From: Lama guanicoe
Taxonomy: Eukaryota
NCBI GenBank assembly: GCA_013239625.1
Contig: MU053482.1
Span: 3,247,922-3,311,921 of the forward strand
Length of the DNA stretch: 64,000 bases
Direction: 5' to 3'
The notes under the pieces are model-generated. The model did no database searches. It worked only from the letters and a program-made list of their open reading frames with translations, and was not told the DNA's origin. The position numbers were made by a program, and so were the translations under genes. How positions within the stretch are numbered: position 1 is the stretch's first letter; the number at the start of each line of letters is the position of its first letter. Below, piece after piece: positions 1 to 11,119 of this stretch.

Positions 1-1186
1 AGCAAGCAATTTATGACTAGAGTGACCTGGCTATAAAAAGGTATCCTAGACAAATCAGATTCCTCTGCTAGCAAATTATGAATAGAAGAAATGAGAGACT
101 ACAGCAGCTAAAAAGATGTTATCAAGACTTGTGAGCTCAGGCAACCATAGGGGGTCACGTGTAAAGCCAATTACAGAACAGTAGAAACCTCCAGCAGAGA
201 CTTGCCAGCAGAAAAAGGTTAACAGTACAGATGTAGAAAGCAGCAGAAATGACGCACAGAAAGGCTGTGCAGCTGTCTAAGTTCCACCTCCAATAAATTC
301 TGGCAGCACTGTAGCATGTGTCATTAAACTCCTGAAGTATTCTTACGATATTCCTCCCTCTTAAGCCCGAATAAACCCATATTCCTTGTCACTGAAGAGT
401 CCAAACTGGAACAGACTGTAAGAGGAACCCTGACAGATCAAGCTCTTTCAAACTGGTAAAGGGTCTGGAAATTTTTACATAAAAAGATTAAGTCAGAAAA
501 CTTTTTTAAGAAGCACACGTAAGAACTTTCTCCAAATATGTGAAGAGCTACTATATGGAAGAAGAAAGAGTGCAGCAAACTAGAGCCAAAAGCTGTCATT
601 AAGAGGACATATTTTTGAGTCAATATAAAGGAAGAACCTTCTGAGAATGAGAACCATCAAAAAACAGAATGAATTGCCACAGAAAGCAATGACTGTAACT
701 GGAGTTTTATTACAAGCTATCAGTTTTTGTGATCTGGAAAACTGGGCAGAATGCTAAGAGGATGTATCCAGAAAATCTGCAGTAATTCATTTATTCAACA
801 ATAACACGATGCCAGGCCTTGTGTTAGGTGCTAAGGATAAAACCTGCTGTGAGGATATTCAAAACTTGAATTGAGGTTTTTGAAATACAAATAAAAGGAC
901 AGATGTAAGCACAGTAGTAACAACAGACAAAGATTAGGGAAGAAGACAATGTTGTTTAGATATCAGGTCATGAGACTAATGAAATCAAGGATAGAAAAAC
1001 TAAAAAATTCTGAATTTTGAAACAAAGATATTTCTTATTTCCATTTTGACATAAAAGCAGCATCACTTAAGTCCAATGATGATAAATGTTAAGTTCTTGA
1101 GAATCCAAATAAAACAATAAGTAATAGTTTATTCAAAAGAAAAATCTTAAAAGCAGGCATTCTTTCATGGTTCAAAAAGCAATTCA

Positions 1187-1436
1187 TTAAGTCTGTTCTC
1201 TATACCTGTGAGTCTGTTTCTGTTTTGTTATGAGGTGGAGGGGAGATAAGCGAATTGAGAGGTACAAACTACTATGTATAAAATGGAGAGGCTATAGGAT
1301 GTACCGTACAGTACAGGGGATAACAGCCATTATTTTTGGTGACTTTAAATGGAGTATAATTTGTAAAAATGTTGAGTCATTGTGCTGGACACCTGAAACT
1401 AATATGATTTTGTAAATCAATTATACTTCAATTTTT
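1187..1436 (+). mobile_element. Short L1 3' end with 5' inversion
   Basis: 13-bp TSD AAAAAGCAATTCA at 1174-1186 and 1437-1449. 1187-1230 is antisense L1 3'UTR and 1231-1436 is sense L1 3' end. Confidence 0.85.
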
Positions 1437-1719
1437 AAAAAGCAATTCAAAGTTGTCTAAAAGTTTATGATATGAATATGATGGCCTTTTTTCACAGTGA
1501 CTTTGTTTCTCAGATGATTTATACACTTAGCAAACTTCATACTCAGTCTACATTTAATACTGCAAAGACATTCATGAATAATTAGGGAAATCAAAGTATA
1601 GACATTTTGGCTGGCTAACACATTTCAAATAACAGACTAAATTTATTATTATCTACATGTAAAGATAGAATTCTCTAACTCTATTAATCCAGAGATATTT
1701 GTCTTTGGTGTATTTCACT

Positions 1720-2045
1720 TAGAGTAATGCTGGGGAAAATAGGGAGAGGTTGGCAAAAGAGCACAAACTTTCAGTTGTAATATGAATAAGGTCTGAGGAT
1801 CTAATGTAAAACCTGGTGACTATAATTGATAACACTGTATTGCAAAACTGAAATTTTCTAACAGAATAGAACTTGTTTTCACTTTTAAAAAAAAGATAAA
1901 TACGTGAGGTGATGAATGTATTCATTACTAGATGGGTGGAATCCTTTCACAATGCATACGTATACCAAATCACCATGATGTGTTCTTTAAATAAGTTACA
2001 ATCTTAATTGTGAATTTTACCTCAATAAATAGTTGGGAAAAAATG
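1720..2045 (+). mobile_element. L1MA-like 3' end
   Basis: CACAAACTTTCAGTTGTAATATGAATAAG...GAGGATCTAATG...TTTACCTCAATAAA is a typical L1MA 3'UTR. Confidence 0.8.
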
Positions 2046-2344
2046 GTGAAAAGCCAAAAAAAATTTTAATGAAGGGTACTAACAGAAACTTTTAAATAGG
2101 AATATTGTACAAATGAAATAGTAACCTTTATCACTGACCTTTGAAATAATTTTACAAGTAAAAGAACAGATAATGTAGAACAATACATCATTAAAACTGC
2201 CCTCCCATTTTCATCAAATATTGCCCATCCCTTGGTTCCTAACTGATCCTCATCTCTCCTAAGGAGGACAAGAACAGAATGGACATAGATTTGTCCTTAG
2301 AGAGGAAGGAAGAGTTCTTATAAAGAAACATGGCAGACATAGTG

Positions 2345-2520
2345 TATCTGACCTCTGATTAGTATAGTGGAAAGAACCTAGGCTTGGAGGTTAGTCAGAA
2401 TTAGGTTCAAATCCAGGCTCTGCTATTTCATAGTCTTGTGAACTTGAAAAATTCACTTAATCTCTCTAAATCTCAGTTTTCTCAACCTCAAAATACAGTT
2501 AATATAATTCCCATCACACA
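2345..2520. mobile_element. MIR SINE
   Basis: MIR core: GGTTCAAATCCAGGCTCTGCTATTT...TCACTTAATCTCTCTAAATCTCAGTTTTCTCA. Confidence 0.75.
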
Positions 2521-2939
2521 ACGCTGCCACTGAGAATGAGATTACATACCCAACAACACAGTATCTGCCACAAAAGACAGGCTAGAGACAAGAAAAATAA
2601 GGTCAATTTAAGGCTTACTCTTTTACTTGAAGAATTATAATTTAAAGGAGTGCCCAATGTTAATACCTTAATATACGTGAGGTATCCAAAGCCCACTAAG
2701 GAATCAATGGCAACCTAAAGGATAGCCTTTAGCTGACATTTGTTTTATACTGTCCAAACAACATTTTTATTAATTACATAGTTGAAAACAGAAGACATCC
2801 TCTTCAAATATGTAAAAAAATAAAAAATCAGAGAAGATGGAGATGGAGGTGACAGAAACATAGCTCGTCAATCTTCCTGAATTCCCATATAAAAAACAGA
2901 CTGCTTTAAGATAGCACAATTGAACTGGCATAAAGACTA

Positions 2940-3455
2940 ATATAACACAATAGAAAGCCCAGTAATAAACTCTGATGTATATGGTCAAATGATCTTTAAG
3001 AAAAGTGCCAAGTCTACGCAGTGAGGAAAGGACAGTTTCTTCAACAAATGGTGCTGGGAAAACTGGATATCCACATGCAAAAAAATAAAGTTGGACCCTT
3101 ACTTACACCACATACAAAAATTAATTCAAAATGGATTAAAGACCTAAAACTACAAAATTCCTAGAAGAAAACAAAGGAGAAAAGCTTCATGACATGGAAT
3201 TTGGCAATTACTTCTTGGATACAACATAAAGAACACAGGCAATAAAAGCAATAATAAGATAAATGGGACTGTATCAAACCTAAAAACTTCTGCACAGCAA
3301 AGAAAAAAATCAACACAGTAAAATGCAACCTGCAGAATGGGCAAAAATATTTGCAAATCATGTATCTAATAAGGAGTTAATATCCAGAATATATAAAGAA
3401 TCCCAACAACTCAACAATAACAACAATAAAAATCCAATTAAAAAACAGGCAAAGG
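2940..3455 (+). mobile_element. L1 (L1MA/MB-like) ORF2 fragment, left part
   Basis: Typical L1 ORF2 text (TTCAACAAATGGTGCTGGGAAAACTGGATATCCACATGC...). It is interrupted by the CAPNS1 retrocopy. Confidence 0.9.
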
Positions 3456-5425
3456 GAGGGGCGAGGCCTGGAGGAGGAGGCTTGTCCAGCAAGAATAGAA
3501 TGGGGTAACCTGGACACTGACCAGGAACCTTATTTAGGCTGGGCCGGGCCTGGGCTAGGAGGCCGGCCTTGAGGGGGCTGGCCCTAATGAGTTCATGGGG
3601 GCAGGGCTTGACATGGACTCAGTCTGAATGTTGAGAGGACACAATCTGATGGGACCCAGCGGGGTTTTGGGAGGTGGGGCTTAATGGGTCTGGCGTGGCT
3701 AACATCCCCTAACCTGAGATAAACGTTAAGGGGGCAGAGCCAATGATGCCGAGTATCACTTAATGGGGGCAAGGCTTTCCTTATGGGCGTGGTGTGGCCC
3801 ATAGATGGGTTAATGAGAAGGTGTATCTAGAAGAGGTCTAGGCCTAATGAGATAAGGGAATGGACTTGAAGGAGCAGAGCCTGTCTGGGAATCGGCTGGA
3901 TTAAAATAGAATAATGTCCAGGTGGAGGTAGGGCATGTGATCCATAAGGGCCTAATTAATCTTGGCCACTGAACATGATCTTTTTTTTTAATGGCAGTAT
4001 AGTTGGTTTACAGTGTTGTGTTAATTTCTGGTGTACAGCATAGAGTGTGGTCCTTTGAAGGGGTGAGAACTATTGGAGCTGGGGTGGGATGTTGGGACAA
4101 AACAACTGTTCAGAAGTCATGGAGATGAAGTAGGTTCCTAGACAGGTGGGACCTGAGAAGGGTGAAGCTGAGGGAAGGTTGGGGCCGAGCTTCTATGAAG
4201 CAAGCCCTTGGAGGGGCTAGGTCTTTTGAGTCTGCCATTGGGTAGATGTGCCCTGGCAAAAGAGGATCCTACCGTAGGGGCACAACCAGGGCAGCAAGGG
4301 TAGGGACAGGCGAGGACTGATGAGACGGAGGGAGCAGTGAGGCGGCTGCACAGTACAACCCAGAGTCCCCGCCCCCTCGCACCCATTACTCCAACATCAG
4401 GGCCAATGAGAGGGAGAAGGTCCAGCAGTTTCAGAGGCTCTTTGCCCAGCTGGCTGGAGATGCCATGGAGGTCAGTGCCACAGAACTCATGAACATTCTC
4501 AACAAAGTCATGACCTGACATCCTGATCTGAAGACAGATGGTTTTGGCATTGACACGTGTCGCAGCATGGTGGCCGTGATGGACAGTGACACCACCGGCA
4601 AGCTGGGTTTCAAGGAATTCAAGTAGTTGTGGAACAGCATCAGAAAGTGGCAGTCCATATACAAATAGTTTGACGTTGACTCTTCAGGGACCACTGGCAG
4701 CAGTGAACTCCCAGGAGCCTTTGAGGCAGCAGGGTTCCATCTGAATGAGCATCTCTACAATATGATCATCCGATGCTACGTAGAGGAGGGAGGGAACATG
4801 GATTTTGACAATTTCATCAGCTGCCTGGTCAGAGTGGATGCCATGTTCCGTGCCTTCAAATCTCTTGACAAAGATGGTACTGGACAAATCCAGGTGAACA
4901 TCCAGGAGTGGCTGCTGCTGACCATGTATTCCTGAAGGCGAGCCCCAGACCTGCCTCCTCATCACCTCACTGTAGGATTCACCTTGGACTCTTCAGTCTC
5001 TTCCAGGGCTGATCCTGTCTGCAGTCACATCTTCACAGGCCCCGCTGACCCACAGGCCTTCCTGTTCTCTGAGCCCTCAGTACCTGGCTCTCAGTCAAAA
5101 GCCAGAGCCCAACATGCCCCAACACGCCCTGCCCCGAAGGTCACCGCAGCCCCAACACACCCATCTCACACCCACTCCGTAACCCCTCTCTTGCACCTGT
5201 GCCAAGCCCAAAACTTGTGTTGCTTCCACACCCCAAGGGCCCTTCTCTCAATTCTGGAAGTATCACTCCAGTCCCTATGCCCATTCAGTTACCACCCAGG
5301 CAGTAGAACTCCAGGCCATTAACAGGCCCACATGCCCCAGTGCCTTTGTCTGTATTCTGCTCCCAGCCTGCCAGGCCCAGGAGGAAATAAATGCACCCCA
5401 GTTGCTATTCTCTCCGAAAAAAAAA
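3456..5425 (+). pseudogene. CAPNS1: CAPNS1 (calpain small subunit 1) retrocopy lacking the Gly-rich N-terminus
   Basis: 4336-4935 translates without frameshift as SEAAAQYNPESPPPRTHYSNI...LFAQLAGDAMEVSATELMNILNKVMT*HPDLKTDGFGIDTCRSMVAVMDSDTTGKLGF...QVNIQEWLLLTMYS*. It is intronless, with premature stops at 4516, 4624 and 4666. It has a 3'UTR, AATAAA at 5386-5391, poly(A) from 5417, and a TSD AAAAAA(C/A)AGGCAAAGG at 3440-3455 and ~5425-5440. Confidence 0.96.
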
Positions 5426-6262
5426 AAAAAAAGGCAAAGGACTTACATAAACATTTCTGCAAAGAAGACATACAAATGGCCAGCAAGTATATGATGAGAT
5501 GCTCAACATAACTAAGCATTAGGGAAATGCAAGGCAAAACCACAAGGAGATACTACCTCACACAGGTTAGGATGGCCACTATTAAAATTCCAGAAAACAA
5601 GTGTTAGTGAGGATGCAAAGAAATTGGAACTCTTGTGTGCTGTTGTCTTGGATGTAAAATAGTTCTGCCATTATAGAAAACAGTATGGAGGTTCCTCAAA
5701 AAATAAAAAATAGAATGACCATATAATCCAACAATCCCACTTCTGGGTATATAAGAATTGAAAACAGAATCTCAAAGAGATATTTGCACACCCATGTCCA
5801 CTGCAGCATTATTCACAACAGCCAAGAGGTAGAAGCAACCAAAACGTCTATTAACAGATGAATGGATAAAGAAAATGTAGTACATACATACATGGAATAT
5901 TATTTAGCCTTAAAAAATAAAGAAATCTTATCATATGCTACAACATGGATGAACTTTGAGGACATTATGCTAAGTGAAATAAGCCAAATACTTCAAGATC
6001 CCTCTTATATGACAAACGTAACATAGCCATACTTTTAGAAACAGAAAGTAGAATGGTGGTTGACAGGGGCTAGGGAAGAGAGGAAAGAGGTTTTGTTCAA
6101 TGGGTATAGAGTTTCAGTTTTGCAAGATGAAAAAATTCTAGGGATCTGTTGCAAAACAATGTGCACATATATATGTTACATATTAGTTAATACTGCTATA
6201 CTGTATACTTTAAAATCTTTAAGATTATCAATTTTATTTTATGCATTTTTTACTATTTTTTA
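5426..6262 (+). mobile_element. L1 ORF2 end and 3'UTR, right part of the same element
   Basis: Resumes exactly where the left part stopped (GGCAAAGG|ACTTACATAAACATTTCTGCAAAGAAGACATACAAATGGCC) and continues through an L1 3'UTR. Confidence 0.9.
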
Positions 6263-6619
6263 AAGGTAATACAACCAAATACTCATGGACGATATTTATA
6301 AGAAAACTAGGTGAAAAAAAAAAAAAGAAAACTAGGTGAAAAGATACCCTCAAAATACTCCAATTGGAGAAAAACCTCTAATATCCACAAAACCTGTAAA
6401 GTATCAGCATCTGTGCAGGATTAAGAAAGAAACAATGATAATGGTTGGAGAACAGGAGGACTCCAAAATACCCAACATGTATTCACTGGAAAGTAGAATG
6501 GCCAACTTGAGAGCAGCAGCTCAAAATGGAAGGGCAAGGACAACATTTCCACAGCAAGGTCTAAAATTGCTGGAGCAGTTTAGGAAAAACTGCAGGGAGT
6601 AGAATCAAAATTGAGCAGA

Positions 6620-7600
6620 AAAGAACATATGCTACCTGACTTAAAGATTTACAATTAAAGCTACAGAAATCAAGACAACGTGCTACTGTTATTAGAATCA
6701 ATAAATAAAGTAGACAATAAAAGAAAATTCATGTGGCTGTCTCAACAGATGCAGAAAAACATCTGACAACATTCAATACCCATTTATGATAAAAAAAAAA
6801 CCACTCAGCAAATAACAAAACATCCTCAATATGATTTTATCATGGCAAGCATTTATAAAAAGCCTATGGCTAACATCATACTTACTGGATACAAATGTCA
6901 ATGCTTTTCCACTAAGACACAGAAAAAGGATGTCCACTACAATGATTTATATTCAACATTGTACTGGAAATGTAAATCAGTGCAATAAAATAAGAAAAAG
7001 ACATAAAAGGTATACAAATGGGAAAAGCATAAGTAATATTGTCTTTATTTGAAAATAACCCATAGAAAATCCTAAGAAATTTTTTAAAGCTACTAGAACT
7101 AATAAATGAGTTTAGCAAGACTTCAAAGGGTCGATACAAAAAACTGATTATACTTCTATATAGTAGTATATTTCTATATACTAACAATAAAAACTAAAAA
7201 TTTTAAAACTATATGCCATAGCATCAAAAATCATGAAATGCTTAGGGCCATTAATAGGTAGATGAATAAATAAATTGTGGTGTATCCATATAGTGGAATA
7301 TAATTCAACACTAAAAAGTAAAAAACTGCTGATATATGCAACAACACGGATAAATCTCAAAATAATTATGCAGATCAAAAGAAGCAAAACACAAATGAGT
7401 ACATACTACAGGATTCCATTCCTATCAAGTTGCAAAAAAGACAAATCTTACCTATAGTAATAGATAGGAGATTAGTGGTTACATAGGGCTAGGGATGGAT
7501 ATTAGGGACCCACTTGAATAAAAGAGGCACAAAGGAATTTTTTTAAGTGATGGAAATTTTTTTTATTCTTATTGCAGTGGTGTTTAAATGAGTAAATACT
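6620..7600 (+). mobile_element. Old L1 (L1M) ORF2 and 3'UTR fragments
   Basis: GATGCAGAAAAACATCTGACAACATTCAATACCCATTTATGAT and TAGAACTAATAAATGAGTTTAGCAAG, followed by an L1ME/MD-like 3' end. Confidence 0.75.
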
Positions 7601-8138
7601 TCTGCTACCAGAGAGTTAAGATAATCTGGGAGAAATCCATCTACTTTAAATTTTGCCTACAGTCAAAATGGAATCTATTATCATCTATGGAAGGATGAAA
7701 GAGCTCTAGCATAATGCATATATAATGTACGCTTTCCTTCTGTAACAGTTTTCTCTTTATTTGAGCATGTTCTTGTCTGTGCTTGAAAGATATTGATTGA
7801 AATGTGTCGTATCTCAAGGCAGCCTATTCTACCTCTGGATGGTTATCATAGATCTTTCTGAGCAACTGACAAAGGAAACTTTAATTATGACGTGCAGTAT
7901 TACCACCAATCTATCAAATTATTTTTTAAAGCACCAAATGTATTATGTAAATACAAACTGAGAAAACGACTGTCTCTGTTAAAATTTAAGGGTAATAACT
8001 ATTTCTCTCTTCCTTCTCTGGCTCTCTCTATACATACATTTTGGGTTTTAATAAAAAGATAGGCATCTTTAAATTAATTTGAGTAATTTTAAACTCTTTC
8101 TAAGCCCCAGAAGATAAGAAATATATTTAGTTATAAAG

Positions 8139-8580
8139 TGTACTAGGTTGATAGTATACCCCAAAGGTTCATGTCTATCTCACAATGAAACTTTATTTGG
8201 AAATACAATCTTAGAAGATATAATTAGTTAAGATAAGGTCATACTAGATTAGGGTAGGCCCTAATCCAATGGCCGGTACTCTGGAGGAAGAGAAAACAGA
8301 GACACAGACAGAAACACAGGGAAACCTCCATGTGAAGACAAAAGCAGAGACTGGAGTGTTACAGCTCCAAGTCAGAGAATGCCAAAGACTGAGTGCAAAT
8401 ACCAAACCTAGGAGAGAGGCATGGACCACACTCTCCCTCAGAACCCTCCAGAAAGAACTAACCTTGCCGACACCCTGATTTTGGTCTTCTAACCTCTAGA
8501 ACTGTGAAAAATAAATTTCTGTTGTATTAAGTTACTCAAGTTTTAGTACTCTGTCACAGCAGCCCTAAAAAACTAAAATA
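8139..8580 (+). mobile_element. MaLR solo LTR (MLT1B/C-like)
   Basis: TTATTTGGAAAT...GGCCCTAATCCAAT...CATGTGAAGAC...CTAGAACTGTGAAAAATAAATTTCTGTTG...CAGCAGCCCTA. Confidence 0.85.
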
Positions 8581-8874
8581 TTTGGTAACAAATATTTCAT
8601 TACATTAGTAGGTATTTGATTTGGTTGGCATGAAAGAAAAACTAGAAAAAACTAGAAAACAATTTGTTATAATATCTACTGTTTGTCACAGTCCTCCTTC
8701 TTGGGACTATACAGGTTATATTCAGTCCCATTTCTACATGATAGCCCTTCAATATTTGAAAATAACTAACAAAAATCTTATTCTGTACCTCTTCCTCCAT
8801 GACTCCTCTGATCTTTTCTTTCTCAACTTAAATATTTTCAATATTTAATTAAAAAAAAATTTGTCCCATGGATC

Positions 8875-9140
8875 TCAGCATGATTTCTTTTTACAAGGTT
8901 AAGAACATAAAGTGGAGATCTAGACTACCTGAATTCTAGTCCAGTTCTGTCCTTTACTTACTATGTGACACTGTGAAAATTGCATTACTTCTTTGTGCTT
9001 CATTTTTTCCCATACATAAAACAGAGATACTATTACCTACCTCTTAAGAGCTCTTGTTAGGAAAAATATGAGTTAATATACATGTAAAGTGTTTCAACAA
9101 GCACTTGGCACAAGGTAAATGCAATATAAGTGTTGGTGAT
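8875..9140. mobile_element. MIR SINE
   Basis: CTTTACTTACTATGTGAC...GAGTTAATATACATGTAAAGTGTTTCAACAAGCACTTGGCACA. Confidence 0.75.
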
Positions 9141-11119
9141 GATGATGCCCACGATGATTCTAACAGAGTAAGTGTGTGCCAATTTGCCTGAGTAGTACTC
9201 AGAGCTGAACACAGTACTTGAGGTTACTGAGCTGGTCAAAGTGAACAGTTCTAAATAGCTGCTATTAACAATGAAGCTTGGTGTTGTATTAGGTCTTCTG
9301 GTAACCACAAGACTCTTCTGAATGAGACATGTACATTTTTAAACATGTTTTGATGCTATCCCGTACCTGTACAAAGAGCATTTCAGACTCAAGTTATATG
9401 TGTTAAATTTCTTTAGTTTAGCCTAGCACATACATGTTTTGGACCCTATGTCTATTACCCACTGTATTTGTATTAGTCAAATTTTTTTAAGTGAGGGCAT
9501 ACATATCATAAAATGTGACCGTTTTAACAGTTTGATGGGTGTTGACAAAGTCTCAAAAACTATTTCAGTAAAATAAAAACAAAAATGAAAAAGTGGAAAT
9601 TATTTGTGTTATATTAAAAAATCATCCAAGAAGTTCCTCCAGAAAATATTTTCCAAAAATAACTTCATCAACATTAGCATAAGTCTGATTAAAATTTATT
9701 TTCCCAACTTGAGTTAAAATTTCCACAAGGGAAAAGTCTTGGTCAAGACATGCTATATATACATTACTGACACTGGCACCAGTCTTTCATTATTTCCATT
9801 CTACCCCAAAACAATCTGCTTGCAACTTCAGCACTGTGACTAGAACCTCTCCTTCACTGAGAATATCATCCTCAGGAGAAACAAGTAAAGGAAAAGCACA
9901 ATGCTAGAAAATCAGAACTTCTGACCTCTCAGGAACATATTATTGATCTACACATCTCAACAGGGTAGAAGCTTATCAACAGTAATCTGATTTACCTGTT
10001 CACAGGTAAAATTAAGATGAGGATCATATTCAACTTGCAGGTCCCAAGCTTCCCATCTCTGATTTATAAAATCTGCTTTTTAGCAAATGATAATTTTTAA
10101 AAATATTTTCTTGTTCACCAGAAGACTTATGCTATAAAGCTAAAATAATCAGAAAAATCAAAGCTCACCAAAACAAGGAATTCTAATTGTGCCAGTAAAG
10201 ACCAACTTTCAAAGGATAAGGAAAATAAAAATTGTTCAGTCACTGAAAAGAAAGCATGCAGGAAATCATTCCACAAAAGGCTTTCATATTTGATCCATTT
10301 AGCATTTAATCAAAGAAGTCTGAAACAAGCCTTTCTGTGGTTATTCAAAAATTTAGATAGGAATGCAATATGATTTTCCGATTTTCCAGTATAATCTCCT
10401 ATTATTTAGAAGGCTTATTTAGAACACACAAACTATTTTTTTCTGGAGTTAAATTCAGCCAAAAAAGCCTACAGGCTTTTACAGAAGTAAAAAAGAATGC
10501 ATTTAAAAATTGAACAGAACACAGAGAAAACAAGGTATATTATTAAAAATAGTAAGTCAACGACAGTTACACAACCTTAGCTTCTATTAAATTCATAATT
10601 TATGTTAATGTATAAGGCCAGTGATTGAGAGATTAAATGTCAAGATTTAGGAAAAGAGAAAAAAGAGTACAAATTGAAAATAAAACTAAATATATGATTT
10701 AACATTTTAATAGTTCCTCAGATTGCATCTTCTTACTGAATAAAAATGCCTTCTTTAACAGCAATGAATGAAAAACTGTTTGCAGCCTGAAATGTTGTAA
10801 AAACTATATAGTTGTATATCAATATTTAAAAAAAAGTCTTATCAAGTCTATATCTCTACATATCTATCAAATGTGCCCTACCTCAGTATCATTCAAAATC
10901 ACTTCAATAGTTCAAACTCATAAACTCATCATCTTATACCTAGATGACAGCAACAGCCTCATCATCTCCCTCCTTCACTCCAACATGCTCAAGCTTCCAG
11001 CAGTACGGAAATAAGCTCTGCAAAGTCAAAGTTCACCTTGCTAGCTCCCTTGATCAAAACTATTAAATGGTTCTCCCACTGGCTACAGAATAAAATATCC
11101 CAAAACAATTACTTTAGGG

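Noticed and set aside
3515..3532. Reverse complement AGGTTCCTGGTCAG resembling the CAPNS1 start (ATGTTCCTGGTT), suggesting a 5' inversion
   Set aside because: Only a short match, and no poly-Gly coding tract follows on that strand.
4138..5322. ORFs of 87-127 aa over the CAPNS1 copy
   Set aside because: Antisense or 3'UTR frames of a GC-rich pseudogene.
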